Assembly (NCBI GenBank): GCA_965226795.1
Contig: CBDDDZ010000003.1
Coordinates: forward strand, 416,001 to 480,000
DNA length: 64,000 bases
DNA from: Candidatus Latescibacterota bacterium
GTDB taxonomy: Bacteria; Latescibacterota; UBA2968; GCA-2709665
Direction of reading: 5' to 3'
Position 1 is the first letter of the stretch, and each line of letters opens with the position of its first letter. The notes beneath the pieces are model-generated. The model saw nothing but the letters and a program-made list of their open reading frames with translations, had not been told where the DNA came from and ran no database searches. A program made the translations under genes and the position numbers. Positions 10,321 to 22,268 of this stretch are shown here, piece after piece.

Positions 10321-12705
10321 TCAGCCAGCCCCCTGTTTCAGGTCGACGAAAAAGCGCTTCTGATCCCGGTTGCCAATCTCGTCCACAACATCCAGCGTGT
10401 GCCATCCCCTCCTGAGTTCCGCGGCTTTGACATGCCGGCCACGGCTGCTTCCCAGGTACCGGTCGTCCAGGTACCAATACAGGATGCGATTTCTCTCCCT
10501 GTGAGCCACCCGCATCGCAATCTTCTGCCACTCGCCATCGAAGTCCCTGGGCAGCCACAGCCTGGCGTTCTGTTGCGGGTAGGTGATCTTCAGCGGATGG
10601 GGCTCGGTCCCGGCCGGACAATCGGGTTTGTGCGGCGGAACCACGCCCGGAACATGGCTTCGTTCCCTCAAGTATTGCGCGACGTCTGCCGGAAAGACAA
10701 GCCGGCGGACCGGACGGTGGTCCTTCGGCTCCCAGCACAGCGAACACACCCCATGACCCCCGTCCAGCGTCACCTGAAAGGTCCGGTGATAGGGACAGAT
10801 CCGGAGGGGTTTCATATGTAAAGGCGCTTCAACGGAAACCGGGCGTTCGCAGTGCGGACCCGCGCGGAATCCCGTATCCGCGCAGAGGCGAAGCGGACTC
10901 AGATCGGCAACGGGCGCTTCGATCCAGGCGTGTTCGCGTTCCTTCGGCAGCATGTTGAATAGGTCGAACAGGAGGGGCGCGGCCGCGCTTGCGCCCGTGA
11001 GGTCCGCGTTGCCGCGACCGCCGAAATTGCCTATCCAGACGGCCACCGTCCACTCCGGGCTGACGCCCACCGCCCAGGCGTCCCGCTTCCCGTAACTGGT
11101 TCCCGTCTTCCAGGCGATCGGCCACTGGTTCTGGTACTGCTGCCAGTAGTACTCCACGCCCGGCCGCTTGAGATCACGAAGCACATTGAGTGTCAGATAA
11201 CAGGCGCCGGGACTGATGAGCGCCGGACCCTCTGCGTGGGGAGTTCCCGCCAGAACCTTGAGTGGACCGAACCGGCCTCCGTTGGCCAGCGCGCGGTAAC
11301 ATAGCGCCATATCCCACAGGCTGACCTCGACGCCGCCGAGAATCATCGGTAGACCGTAATCGCCGGAGGAGCGAAAAAGCGTCGTCAACCCGGCGGACTT
11401 AAGAAATCTGTAAAACGGATCCATCCCGTACGCATCCAACAGCCGGACCGCGGGCACATTGAGGGATCGAACCAGCGCCTCCCTGGCCGACACCAAACCG
11501 CCAAAGGTCCCATCCGCGTTTCCCGGTGCGTACGCGCCGTAGTGAGTGGGCAGATCTCTGATCCGCGTCTGGGGCAGCATAAGGCCTTCGTCGATGCCCA
11601 GGGCGAATAGGAACGGTTTGAGCAGAGAACCGGACGACCTTGGGGCAGCAACGCCGTCCACCTGCCCCTGGTTCCCCGTGTCGAGGAATCCCTGCGATCC
11701 GACGTACGCGCGCACCTTACCCGTACGGGTCTCGGCAACCAGGGCTGCGCCGTTGCGAACCCCCAGGCGCTTCATAAAGCTGGCATGTCGATAGACGAAT
11801 TCCTCGCATTGTCTCTGAGTGTCCAGTTGAAGGGTCGTTCGTACATACGTACTCCGGTGCTGGAACTGGAGCCGTCGCGTCAGGTGCAGTGCGTCCATTG
11901 GCAACGGCCCGGCGCCGTCCGGCACCTTCTCCATCCTCGCCAGTCCAAAGGTCTCGGCGTCTATCGCCCCTTGGTTCAACAGCCGGCTCAGCAGCCGGTC
12001 GCGCCTGAGCCGCAGTTTTTCCGGGTTGGCAAGAGGCGATATCAGCCCGGGAGCGTTCGGAAGAACCGCCAGCATGGCGGCCTCTCCCCAGGTCAACCGT
12101 TCGGGCGACTTGCCGAAATACCGCTGCCCAGCCGCGCGGTAGCCCACTATATTGCCGCCATAGGGTGCGTGGTCCAGATATAGGTTCAGGATCTGTTTTT
12201 TGCCATAACGCAGTTCAATCTTCAATGCCTGGAGTATCTCCAGGGCCTTGTTGATATAGGTCCTTCTCTTTGGCGACGTCATCCGGGCAACCTGCATCGT
12301 CAGCGTGCTCGCGCCGCTGACGACCTCCCCTGCACGGATATTCTGATGGACTGCCCGGAGCAGCGCCAATAGATCCACGCCGGGATGCCTGTAAAAATGA
12401 CGGTCCTCGAAACAGAGAACCGCCTGTTCCAGCGCGAGCGGAACATCGGCGTTCGCCCGGTGGGGGAAACACCACTGCTCATCCCCATTCAGGAATATCC
12501 GCAGGATCCGTCCGTGTTCGTCCAGCACAACCGTGCTGTAGTCAGGATCAAAAAGCGGATCAGGCAGTGGAATCGAAACGTAGAGCGCGCCGGTAAAAAG
12601 CAGAAACGCGATTAGAATCCTTGCCCTTGCCCGCCCCAGGAATGCGAAACGGGCCTTCAGACGTCTTTTTCCGCGCGCTGCCTGGTGCCGCCGTGGCGAA
12701 ACCAT
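10321..12705 (-). CDS. pbpC: Penicillin-binding protein 1C
   Basis: EDRHFYRHPGVD and GASTLTMQVAR (transglycosylase); SGSLLKP (SxxK), KTGTS; C-terminal BiPBP_C-like domain; adjacent to A2M. Confidence 0.92.
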   Translation of the reverse strand: MVSPRRHQAARGKRRLKARFAFLGRARARILIAFLLFTGALYVSIPLPDPLFDPDYSTVVLDEHGRILRIFLNGDEQWCFPHRANADVPLALEQAVLCFEDRHFYRHPGVDLLALLRAVHQNIRAGEVVSGASTLTMQVARMTSPKRRTYINKALEILQALKIELRYGKKQILNLYLDHAPYGGNIVGYRAAGQRYFGKSPERLTWGEAAMLAVLPNAPGLISPLANPEKLRLRRDRLLSRLLNQGAIDAETFGLARMEKVPDGAGPLPMDALHLTRRLQFQHRSTYVRTTLQLDTQRQCEEFVYRHASFMKRLGVRNGAALVAETRTGKVRAYVGSQGFLDTGNQGQVDGVAAPRSSGSLLKPFLFALGIDEGLMLPQTRIRDLPTHYGAYAPGNADGTFGGLVSAREALVRSLNVPAVRLLDAYGMDPFYRFLKSAGLTTLFRSSGDYGLPMILGGVEVSLWDMALCYRALANGGRFGPLKVLAGTPHAEGPALISPGACYLTLNVLRDLKRPGVEYYWQQYQNQWPIAWKTGTSYGKRDAWAVGVSPEWTVAVWIGNFGGRGNADLTGASAAAPLLFDLFNMLPKEREHAWIEAPVADLSPLRLCADTGFRAGPHCERPVSVEAPLHMKPLRICPYHRTFQVTLDGGHGVCSLCWEPKDHRPVRRLVFPADVAQYLRERSHVPGVVPPHKPDCPAGTEPHPLKITYPQQNARLWLPRDFDGEWQKIAMRVAHRERNRILYWYLDDRYLGSSRGRHVKAAELRRGWHTLDVVDEIGNRDQKRFFVDLKQGAG

Positions 12706-12819
12706 AGTCTCAGTCCCTGCAAACCAACACCGTTTTCCGAATGGTCCCGAACTTCCTGCCCGCGGGTCGCATTCTGAATCTCAGGCCGCCGGCCGCGTTT
12801 TCGAGAACCCGGTGCCGCT

Positions 12820-15800
12820 CTATCTCTGTGTGACCACAACCCGTTTTCCGGCTGCCGTCGCCCGATAAGCTCGGTTGTACATCGCTTCCGCAACCGTTGC
12901 GGGCAGCATGAATGACCCGGCAGTAACCGCGTTCAAACGGACCACGAAATCCAGCTCCCTGTGTTTTTCAAAGTCGAAAAACCACATCACCCGGTCGTCT
13001 CGTACGTCCATATACTCCTCGCGGTTCAGATTCAGGCGACTCATCCACTTCGGCGCCGTCCGATCGGACAGACGCGGGTTGTCGATTTCCCAACCGGCGG
13101 GCAGAAGCTGAACCAGTGCAACCTCTTCGATGTTGCGCGCGACGGTCAGATTGCGCACGCGAAAATGACCCCAGAAGACCTCACCCGGGGAAAGTTCCGA
13201 GGGATCGACCGGCATACCTTCGTCGTTCAGCCAGGCCACCTCCAACCCCAGTTTGCCGGACGTATCTCCCACATCGTCGGTAAGTGGAACTCCGTCCCAG
13301 TCCAGGGCCGTGAACGCCCTCTTGACGGTAGACGTTGAATCCAGGTATACCGCTATTTCATCGCCAAAACCCTCTTCGATTTCAAAGTGGTAGGCAGACC
13401 GATCCGTCTCGAACCGCACCTCCCGTCCACCAGGAAGGCGGATCGTGCCTGCAAGCACGGAAGGGCCGTCCTCCTCTTTGTTGAGAGACCGGACATATTT
13501 TCCCAGGGACAGAAGCATAAACCCGGTGGTCTGTGTGCTGTGCCAATTCTGAGACGCAAGCGCCACGCCCAACTCCTTGGCGATCTCGTCGGCCTCCGAC
13601 CAGCGTTCGAACAGTACGAGCGTATTCAGAATGATCGACAGATCCCGCAGGCCGAGCCGTAGGTGCCACCCGATTCGTTGTAATTCTTCACCCGCACGCC
13701 GGCGGGAATGAGGATCTGCGCGGCGGTCCACTCCACGCCTGCAAGATGATAGGCCGCGGCCAGCATCCACTTCTGGGTGTCGTTCATGTCGTTGATGCCG
13801 GTTTCCTTCAGTAAGTTCATCGGACCGATCTGGTATTCGCCGGCAAGCGCCAGGAGATAGACCCGATAAACCCGCTTCATCAGGTTGTCTTTCGTGGTAA
13901 GCGCACGCGATTTTTCGTAACGCAGCCAGTTTGCCATCAGGTCCTGGGGAACGTGGTATCCCAGTTTGCCGGCTTCAATTAAAAAATGTCCTGTGTACAG
14001 GGACCCCCAGGCAGAGACCGACGATCCGCCGGGCCAGTACGTGAACCCGCCGGAGACAAGCTTGAATTTTCTCAACTTGCGGATCGCCGAATTGATGTAC
14101 TTGTCGATGTCGACCGTTGCGTCTCCGGCATACTTCACGCCTTCCAGGAGAGTCCCCAGATAAAGCAGTGGAAACGCGGCCGAAACCGTCTGCTCAATAC
14201 AGCCGTACGGGTAGCGAACCAGCCCAAGCAGCCGATGGGTCATCCCCAGGTCGGGTCGGCGGCGCACGACCGCGCGGGCGCGATTGGTCCCGGGCAGTCC
14301 TCTGTCCGGGACCTTGAATCGGACCCTTTGGCCGGGACGGATGTCCTGTTCCTCTGCCGCGTAGATCCTGGGTGACGATGGACGCACAGTCAGACCCAAG
14401 CACGCGCGGCAGCGTGGGCATCACCATCAGATCGGTCTTCACCGGAACGGATGCCTCTGCCTGGCCGTATCGCGCTCCGCTGGCGGAAACGGCCATCACC
14501 CTCACTGATCCCACGTAGTCAGGCATATCGAAATCTACGGTAGCCCTCCCCTGCGAATCGGTTTCGATGGGACCCCTGAACAATGATACCGCCTTGAATC
14601 GCTTCCTGTTTTCCGGGTCCAGCTGAGAAGCCCTGTAGGCGTCCGCATAGCCGCCTCCCACGACGTATGTCTTGAACACATCCCCCTTATTGGCGCCGAT
14701 GACATGGGAATAAACGTCGTGCGTAACCACACCCAGACGACGTTTCCTGTAAAACGACTGCCAGGCATCCGGCGTGGAAAACCCCGTGATCGCCAGCAAC
14801 CCCTCGTCTACCACCGCAAGCGTGAACTGGGCTGGATGCCCGTCGACCGTCTCCACCTCAATCTGGAAACGGGTCTCGGGCCTGAGTTCTTCCGGCATGC
14901 GAATGGCGACGTCCTGCCGCGTACGGGGGTCGTTTACATTGAGCGGCACGACGCCGTACATGCGAATCGGCCGATCGTTCAATGTCTGACTGTAAGGCTG
15001 GAGAACGGAGACACCAACGTATGCCGTGGGCGCCATTTCCGGTGTGATGGCCACCGGAACCTGGAACTCGTCGGGGTGACCGTCCGGTTCGTACCATTGG
15101 GATTGCAGAATGCGACTGTCCTGTTCCACCGAGACCAGAATCGCGCCCTGTTGCGGGGCCGGAAACGTCACCAGCGCGAGGTCGCCGGGGGCGTAGGTCT
15201 TACTGTCCGTCTTTCGCGCCAGCGTGCCAGCGGATTTGGGATCGGCCTGCGCTTCGCCCCATGGATAGGCGCGCACGAAGAATGCAGCGGTATGGCCGCT
15301 CCCATCGCGCGCTTCTATCAGATACTCACCCGGGTGCTGAGGCGTAAACACCAGTGGTACGGGCACGGATTGCGAGAATAACGAACCGCTCTCAATCTGT
15401 TCCGTGTACTGATCCGTTTTGAACCGCAGTCGAAACTGATCGCGGGATTCGTATTCCCACCACCAATGCGCCGTGTTTTTGTAGATGCGATATTCAAGCG
15501 GCAGGCCCGGCGCCGCCTTTCCCTGAGCCGTTACCAGTACAACCGGAATCTCCAGGGCGGAACCCAGCCGGGCATATCCAAAGTCCAACCGCGGCTTTCG
15601 TACTCCCACGTAGCGGTCGTACGGATCGACGGAGAGCGTTTCGCGGCTGCGGTTGGGGCGTCGGCCTCTCTCCAGGACCGTGGCGTCGATTCGGGCGCGT
15701 CGAGCTTGCCCTTGAAGATGCTGGTGCGCAGCGGCGCATACGTCACGGCGTCGTTGGCGAAGCTGAAATCCGGGTACTCCGGAAACTGCCGGGGGATATG

Positions 15801-18037
15801 ACTGAATTCCACCGCGACCTCGGCATCCAACCCGGCGGCCGGATTACCGAACAGATAGGTACTCTCGAGCCCCAGTCGGAGTTCAACGTACGTACGTGTC
15901 AGATTCTTCTTTTCGGGCTCGATCCGCACTTTCAACCGATCGGGCGCCACCGTCTCGACTTTCACCGTATGAGAGAACGTCCGGCTTCCGACCTCGAGTT
16001 GCGCCCGCCAGTTTCCCGTAGGATCGTCGGGCTCGGTCTTGAAGCTGAAGACATAGAAACCATCCTTTCCCGTGCGGGCGGTCCGCTCGAGCACAAGCTG
16101 GTTCCTGGGGTTGTAGAGCTTCAGCGTAACCGGGTGGTTCTCGGGAAACGTCTGCTCCGAATTGCGTGCGATCAGCGAAAGATGGATCTGGTCGCCGGGT
16201 CGATACACACCCCGTTCGGTATAGATAAACGCCCGGACGCCGTCGGAAGGCGCCGAGGCGCCCCCGGTATCGAAACCGGAAAGGTTCCACGCCATTTCGT
16301 TGCATTTAATGATGCTTTTCCGGCCGTCTTTTTCCCCTTCAACATAGAATATATCTCGCTCCCCACCCGGGAACGTCGCCATGCCGTGCCTGTCCGTCAC
16401 GCCGCGGCCGGCAACCTGGTTCTGATAGGTACGCAGGGTGACCGCCACGCCGGCCATCGGCGCCGCGCTGACAATATTTCGTGTGTAAACGAGGTGCTGT
16501 CGGTGCGCTTTCTTGTACGTCAGTCCGATATCGCTTACGATCACAGGCTTGAATGCCCTTCCATACGTGTTGACGTATCCCGGCGAAAAGGGATGGCTGC
16601 CATAATCCGACGATTGCCGGTTCCGCCTCCATTGCTTTCGTGCTTCTTCGGCCTCGCCCGGCGCGCCGTACAACATATCACGGTGTTTAAAGCTGAGACC
16701 GATCAGCAACGGCCCTTTTTCTGAAGGATCGAGCAGTGTGTTCAGATCAAGTTCGTGCTGCAGCCACCGGTTGCGAACCTGACCGATCTCCAGGACCGTA
16801 TCCACCAGTCCCACGCCCACGCGGTTGACCTGCCAGGAGTGGAAATCCCGCCGGCGGTCGCCGGCGCTCTTCAAACTCTGACTCTGCAGGAACTGGCCCA
16901 GGTTCGAGTCGAAGACCTGTTTGATCCGGAGCCTCACCCGGCTCACGTTCACCGTCCGGAACCGCACACGCTGGCGGTTGACCGTTGGCACAATCATCCC
17001 GTCTTCGGAGAAACGAATCTGGGGCTTCAGGTCGAGTATCTGGACCGTTTCCATCTGTTCGGACGCAGTCGCCATTCCCCATCGGCTGCGAATGCCCGGA
17101 TGGGCGGTGAGGGTATAGTGCCGGCCGCGCTGAAACTCGCCGGTCACGTTGATTTTACTGCCCACCACTCTGATCCGGATATCCATCGGCGGGTCCACGG
17201 CAATCAGCCCCCGGATGTCCTGGTGGGGGTCCAGGTCGTCCGATAACTCGACCGTAAGTCCGGGCTGCCGCCCTTCCCCATGACCTTTGACTTTGACAAT
17301 TGTTAATTCCGCTATCGGAGCCAGAACCCCGGTCTGCCTGTAGTCCCGTGATATCGCCAGCGCCTCCTTATCGAGTGTGAAAAGCAGAGCCATTCTTTTT
17401 CTCCCTCGCTAGATCGGACCGGAGACGAACGAAAAGATCTTCCCCTCCGAGTCGGCTTTCCAGGCAGCCGACAGCGGCTCCCGTTCCATGAGCAGTCGGG
17501 CTGCCTGTCGCACCTGTTCGAGTGGGGTCTTCTCGCTGAACACGACGCGCCCCTTGTAGGCCACCCGACGCGGATCGTCTTTCTCGATCAACTCAAAGTC
17601 GGCTTCAACCGAGACAAGCTCCCGGCCGGCGACCCCAAAGGCAAACTCCAGGGGTTGCAGTTTCCTGCGCTGGGGGAACAGGGCGGCGAGATCCAGGATG
17701 CCCCGGTATTGCTGCCGGAACGGGAGCGGCGCGTCGGGTTGAAAGAGCAGGGTGCGCGGGTCCGCCCAACGGGCGGTACCTTAACTATGCGCGGCACAAA
17801 CGTGAACACGTCCCTATCCAGGGTCTGGCCGACCCGGTTTCCGGAGGCGACGGGCGACACGAATCGTACACGAATGTCGTCTCCCGCGCGGATAAAATCC
17901 GAGGTCACGTGGCTGACAAGCCTGGCCGTCTCCCGCGGATAGGAAATCGGCCCCGTCTCGTCCCGTTTCGAAGCACATCCGGTCATCAACATACCGATAA
18001 GGAACAGCATGCCGCGTGCAATCCGATTGGGCGTCAT
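12820..18037 (-). pseudogene. Bacterial alpha-2-macroglobulin (YfhM-like lipoprotein), disrupted
   Basis: Lipobox MTGC, SDIGL, YTERGVYRPG, LAVVDEG, YPYGCIEQ thioester motif, AEAMY. Frameshifts near 17783, 15695, 14393 and 13652, plus an in-frame TAG at 17409-17411. Confidence 0.9.
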
Positions 18038-18225
18038 CCGCAACTCCCCCATGGTATATCGTGAAAACACCGTCATACAGGGCAAGCACCAGGCCATAGG
18101 AACCCCTGTCAATGGCGGCCCTTCTCCCGATACCGACCCGGAAAACCGCTTGACATCAACGCTTCCATCTTTACCTTAATCGCCGGAAACGCGGCAACGT
18201 GTCACAAAAACTCAGGAGATTTCCG

Positions 18226-19287
18226 ATGCAATTCGGCCAATTCTATCTGCTGGAAACCCCGCCCGGCAAAGACCACGCGCAAATCTACCACGAAGCATTC
18301 GAACAGTTCAAGCTCATGGATGAAACGGGATGGGACGCCATCTGGCTGGCGGAACACCACTTCGACCATAAGGCGCCGGGGGCCAACTACTATTCGATCA
18401 CCCCGTCCATCCATACCATGGCCGCATACGCGTCGGCCATTACCGAACGCATAAAAATCGGCACCGCGGTCATCGTGCTGCCCTTCCACAACCCGGTCAT
18501 TGTCGCGGAAGACTTCGCCACCGTGGATATCATGTCCAGAGGGCGGCTTCTCTTCGGCGTGGGGCGCGGCTACCAGCTCGAGGAATTTCACAACTGGGGA
18601 ATCGATCTGGAGGAAAGCCGTGAACGATTTCAGGAAGAACTGGAAATTATCCTGAAAGCCTGGACGGGCCCGGTCGAATACGACGGCAAGTTCCACAAAG
18701 TCCGGAAAGTCAACGTTATCCCGAAGCCCGTACAACAACCGCACCCACCGGTCTACGTCGCGGCGGTAAGCCCCTCCACGTACGAATGGGTCATCAAGAA
18801 AGGCTACAACGTCCTGACCTCGTTCCTGCATCCCTACGACCAGGTGTTCGAACTCTACGACGCGTACCACAAGACGGCGGACGAGTGCGGGTTGTCAGGC
18901 AAGCTGGACTTCCCCCTGGCGAGGTTCCTTTACGTTGCCGAAAACACGCAGAAAGCCCGCGAGGAATGCCACGACCAGCTTATGTGGTACTTCCGCACCC
19001 TGCTTGCGGAGGTTATCGCGCCCCCGCCGGAAATCGCGCCTCCCGGACAGATGGAATTCTATCAGGGACTCAAACAGAAATTCTCAAACATCACCTTCGA
19101 CGAAATCCTGGCCGAACACGCCATCGTAGGCGACCCCGACTTTGTCGCCGACAAAATCGGCTGGATCCGGAAACACACGGGGTTGCAGAACTTTATGGGG
19201 TGGACGCGCATCGGAGACCTGCACCCCGATCTGGTCTGCAAATCCCTTCGGATGTTTTCCGAACACGTCGTGCCTGCATTCGATTAA
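18226..19287 (+). CDS. LLM-class (luciferase-like) flavin-dependent oxidoreductase
   Basis: WLAEHHF, GRLLFGVGRGY, PKPVQQPHPP, GDPD. AGGAG RBS; TTGACA at 18150. Confidence 0.9.
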   Translation: MQFGQFYLLETPPGKDHAQIYHEAFEQFKLMDETGWDAIWLAEHHFDHKAPGANYYSITPSIHTMAAYASAITERIKIGTAVIVLPFHNPVIVAEDFATVDIMSRGRLLFGVGRGYQLEEFHNWGIDLEESRERFQEELEIILKAWTGPVEYDGKFHKVRKVNVIPKPVQQPHPPVYVAAVSPSTYEWVIKKGYNVLTSFLHPYDQVFELYDAYHKTADECGLSGKLDFPLARFLYVAENTQKAREECHDQLMWYFRTLLAEVIAPPPEIAPPGQMEFYQGLKQKFSNITFDEILAEHAIVGDPDFVADKIGWIRKHTGLQNFMGWTRIGDLHPDLVCKSLRMFSEHVVPAFD

Positions 19288-19330
19288 ACGCACCGATGAC
19301 CACCGCGGATCACCGGGGCCTTACCCTTCC

Positions 19331-19666
19331 TTATTCCCGCCACGCCGGCTGCGTAACGTGCAGCAGCAACGCGCCCTCGGGGACCGTAATCACAGTCGAC
19401 GTTCCCATTTCGATATAGCCCAGATCCCCAACTTCGAAACGCACCGGCTCCTGGCCCGGGGCGTGGACTTCCAGCGCGCCTTTCAGCATAAAAAAGACCT
19501 CGTTGTAGTCGAAGGTCCATTCCAGCCGGCTGGGTGCAAGATATTCCGTAAATCCTGCCGCGAGGCAGTCATCCTTCCCCAGAATGGGATCGGATACCTG
19601 TACCCTTGCGCCGGGTGTGTCGTACAGCTTCATATCCCGTTGATCCGGTTTGACAATCTGTACCAT
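19331..19666 (-). CDS. EutQ-like cupin domain protein
   Basis: AAGFTEY..LEWTFDYNEVFFMLKGALEV..GDLGYI. GGAG RBS before ATG 19666. Confidence 0.75.
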   Translation of the reverse strand: MVQIVKPDQRDMKLYDTPGARVQVSDPILGKDDCLAAGFTEYLAPSRLEWTFDYNEVFFMLKGALEVHAPGQEPVRFEVGDLGYIEMGTSTVITVPEGALLLHVTQPAWRE

Positions 19667-19689
19667 TGCGACTCTCCTTTCGGCGTGGC

Positions 19690-22023
19690 CTACGGCTCCA
19701 GGACCTGCCGTGTTTCCGCCTCGGAAACAATGGTCTCCCATTCCCACAGTTGAGGTATATACCCCACGTCGGCCCAGAGTCGGGCCTGATCCGAATAGTG
19801 TGGGCTTCCGGGATGTCCCGAGGCCCCCAGCGGCACGATCCACCGGGAATTGCTCCAGTTCGACGGATCGTGTATATATCGGTTCACCGACATCCCCGTC
19901 GCAATAAAGGGTTCGCTCACGTCGTACCCGCCGGCCAGCGGCACGTCCCCATCCCCATGCGTTGGCATGCAGGGCGGATCGAGAAGCCGTGCGCATTCCG
20001 GAAAAACCCGCGAGAGCGGATGCCTCGGCCGCGTATGGTGGACTCGCCCCCACCGCCATTCCGACATATCTTCTCCCAGTCGTCCTTTGAGGTCCGCGAC
20101 GGCCCGCCGGAGACTCTCAGCCAGCAGGTCTCCCCAACTGCGCCCTTCCGGCAACATCGACCCGTCTCCGCGCTCGATACCCAGGATCATCTCCAGAACG
20201 ATCAAACGGATATGCGATTCGGCTCCTGAAGCCCCCGCAAGTGCCGGCGCCGCCATGTCGCCGAGCAGATGCTCCGCCAGCATCCGGGTTGCGCACAGAC
20301 GGGCCTGCGAATAAATCGTCGGCTGCGCCAGATCTCGATCCATGCGATAGTCCCACTGGCTCAGAAGCGCCAGGGCCCGCTGCGAATCCGCGTCCGGAGG
20401 ATGTATCTCGAGGAGCGCGTTGGTAAAAATCCGCGCGGGAATGGAGGTCCGGTCGGCGTGCATCCGCGCCATGTCGTCCACGGTCGCCTCCCCGGGTTTC
20501 AGATCCTGAATATCCATTTGAAGCCGTCTTGCCCGGTACTCCGGACTGAAGTACAATCCCACGTAATACGGATAGTTGTGTCCGGCCACGCGCTGGTTGC
20601 ATGTCACCGCGTATCCGGCCTGCGGACGGATCGCCCGGGGCAGATCGTTGTGGGGTATATAGCCCTGCCATTCGTATTCCCCGGTCCACCCCGGCACGGC
20701 CCGCCAGCCGTTGGCCTCCGTGCGAATGGGGATCTTTCCCTCGTGCAGATAGCCGAAATTTCCATGGACGTCCACGACGGCATAGTTGTTCACCCGGTCG
20801 GTCCAGTTCTCAAATGCGTCGTGCAGTTCCTGCACCGTGGTCGCGCGCATCGCGTCGCGGGCGGCATCCAGCCAGGGTGTGCCGTGAATGAGGCCGGGGT
20901 CGCTGATCGCAATTCCGTACCCCGCCTCGGGACTGCCCGCGATTATGGGGCCGTGATGGGTAATGTTCACTTCGATCTCGACGGGCTCCGCGTTCCGGAC
21001 CACGATCGTTTCTTGCAGGACTTCGGCCGGTCTCCACGTCTCCTCGAATTCATACTCCCGGCCCCCGGCCGTTTTCCGGAATCGCTCCACGAAAAGGTCC
21101 TGCGTGTCGGCATTTCCGTAGGTCATCCCCCAGCCCACGTACGCGTTGTGGCAAAAATGCAGGATTCCGGGCATCCCGGGTATCGAAGAGCCGACAATCG
21201 AAAAATCCGGACAGGAAAGATGGACCTGATAGTAGACGCTCGGGGTATCCAGGGCCCGGTGGGAGTCTCCCCCCATCAGTGGCAACCCGGATCGGGTCAG
21301 TTCACCTGAGATCGACCATGCATTGGAACCGGCGTCGGTCTCCTTCAGCCAGTTCACGTCCTCCAGCGCCCTGCCAAGTTCCTCCAGGCCGTCGACGCCA
21401 GGTCCCGTATACACGTCCCCGGGGGGTACGGTGAGCAGATGGCCGCCGGGATACCCCTTGATAATGCGCGCTGCTTTCTCGGGGCCAATTGTGAGAGCCA
21501 GACACGTACGGTAGAGTTTCGGCTCGAAGGTCCCCAACAGCGTATTGCGCATCTTGTAGACGGCAATACAGTGCCAGTTCTCCCAGGGTTCGGGCGTCAT
21601 GTCCAGAAGTCCGTATTCGACCGGATACACCGAAGTCGTTTCCACAAACGCGTTCACGCCCGCGGTATAGGCGTCCACCATCGCCCTCGCGTCCGCGCCC
21701 GCCGCCTCGTAGTCGAGCCTGGCCGTTCGGCCCATTCCCGCCGTTCGCAACAGCCGATCCTGGGCTACGCCCTCCGGGCCGGCAAGTTCCGCCCATCTCC
21801 CCAGCGCCCGGTACCGGTCGTAATCCATGTGCCAGAGCCGGTCCTGAGCCGTGGCGAAACCCTGAGCGAAGAAGAGGTCGTGTTCGTTCTCCGCCAGAAT
21901 GTGCGGAATGCCCCACCGATCGCGATCAATCGTCGCTGCGTCGATCAAGCCGGACAGACGGAGCGTGGATGTCATATCCGGCAGCGCGGCGGCCAGGTCG
22001 GCTTCTGTAAGTTCTACACCCAT
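19690..22023 (-). CDS. Penicillin acylase family (S45) Ntn-hydrolase, no signal peptide
   Basis: RDRWGIPHI, FAQGFATAQDRLW, GSNAW nucleophile, GASGHPGSPHYSDQ. Confidence 0.92.
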   Translation of the reverse strand: MGVELTEADLAAALPDMTSTLRLSGLIDAATIDRDRWGIPHILAENEHDLFFAQGFATAQDRLWHMDYDRYRALGRWAELAGPEGVAQDRLLRTAGMGRTARLDYEAAGADARAMVDAYTAGVNAFVETTSVYPVEYGLLDMTPEPWENWHCIAVYKMRNTLLGTFEPKLYRTCLALTIGPEKAARIIKGYPGGHLLTVPPGDVYTGPGVDGLEELGRALEDVNWLKETDAGSNAWSISGELTRSGLPLMGGDSHRALDTPSVYYQVHLSCPDFSIVGSSIPGMPGILHFCHNAYVGWGMTYGNADTQDLFVERFRKTAGGREYEFEETWRPAEVLQETIVVRNAEPVEIEVNITHHGPIIAGSPEAGYGIAISDPGLIHGTPWLDAARDAMRATTVQELHDAFENWTDRVNNYAVVDVHGNFGYLHEGKIPIRTEANGWRAVPGWTGEYEWQGYIPHNDLPRAIRPQAGYAVTCNQRVAGHNYPYYVGLYFSPEYRARRLQMDIQDLKPGEATVDDMARMHADRTSIPARIFTNALLEIHPPDADSQRALALLSQWDYRMDRDLAQPTIYSQARLCATRMLAEHLLGDMAAPALAGASGAESHIRLIVLEMILGIERGDGSMLPEGRSWGDLLAESLRRAVADLKGRLGEDMSEWRWGRVHHTRPRHPLSRVFPECARLLDPPCMPTHGDGDVPLAGGYDVSEPFIATGMSVNRYIHDPSNWSNSRWIVPLGASGHPGSPHYSDQARLWADVGYIPQLWEWETIVSEAETRQVLEP

Positions 22024-22268
22024 GATTATTCCTCGTCAATGGCGATCATCGTGGAACCGTGGAGTACCCCGTTTATGCCGGATGTAACGATGCCTAACGG
22101 CGTGGAACATAGACACAAACAGCGTCGGGTTTTCCGGACCGGTCGCTTTCGCCTCAGGCAACAACGCGGCGACGATGAGAAACTTCACCTCTCCCACCCT
22201 CGAATGATTCAATGCCTGAACCGGTTTCCCCGTTTCTTTGCGCCTTTGTGCGAGAATGATATGGAGTT

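Noticed and set aside
17409..17411. In-frame TAG as pyrrolysine or readthrough recoding
   Set aside because: The same gene has four other frame-breaking lesions and TAG is a normal stop elsewhere in the window (clpP, rpmH, recF, gyrA).
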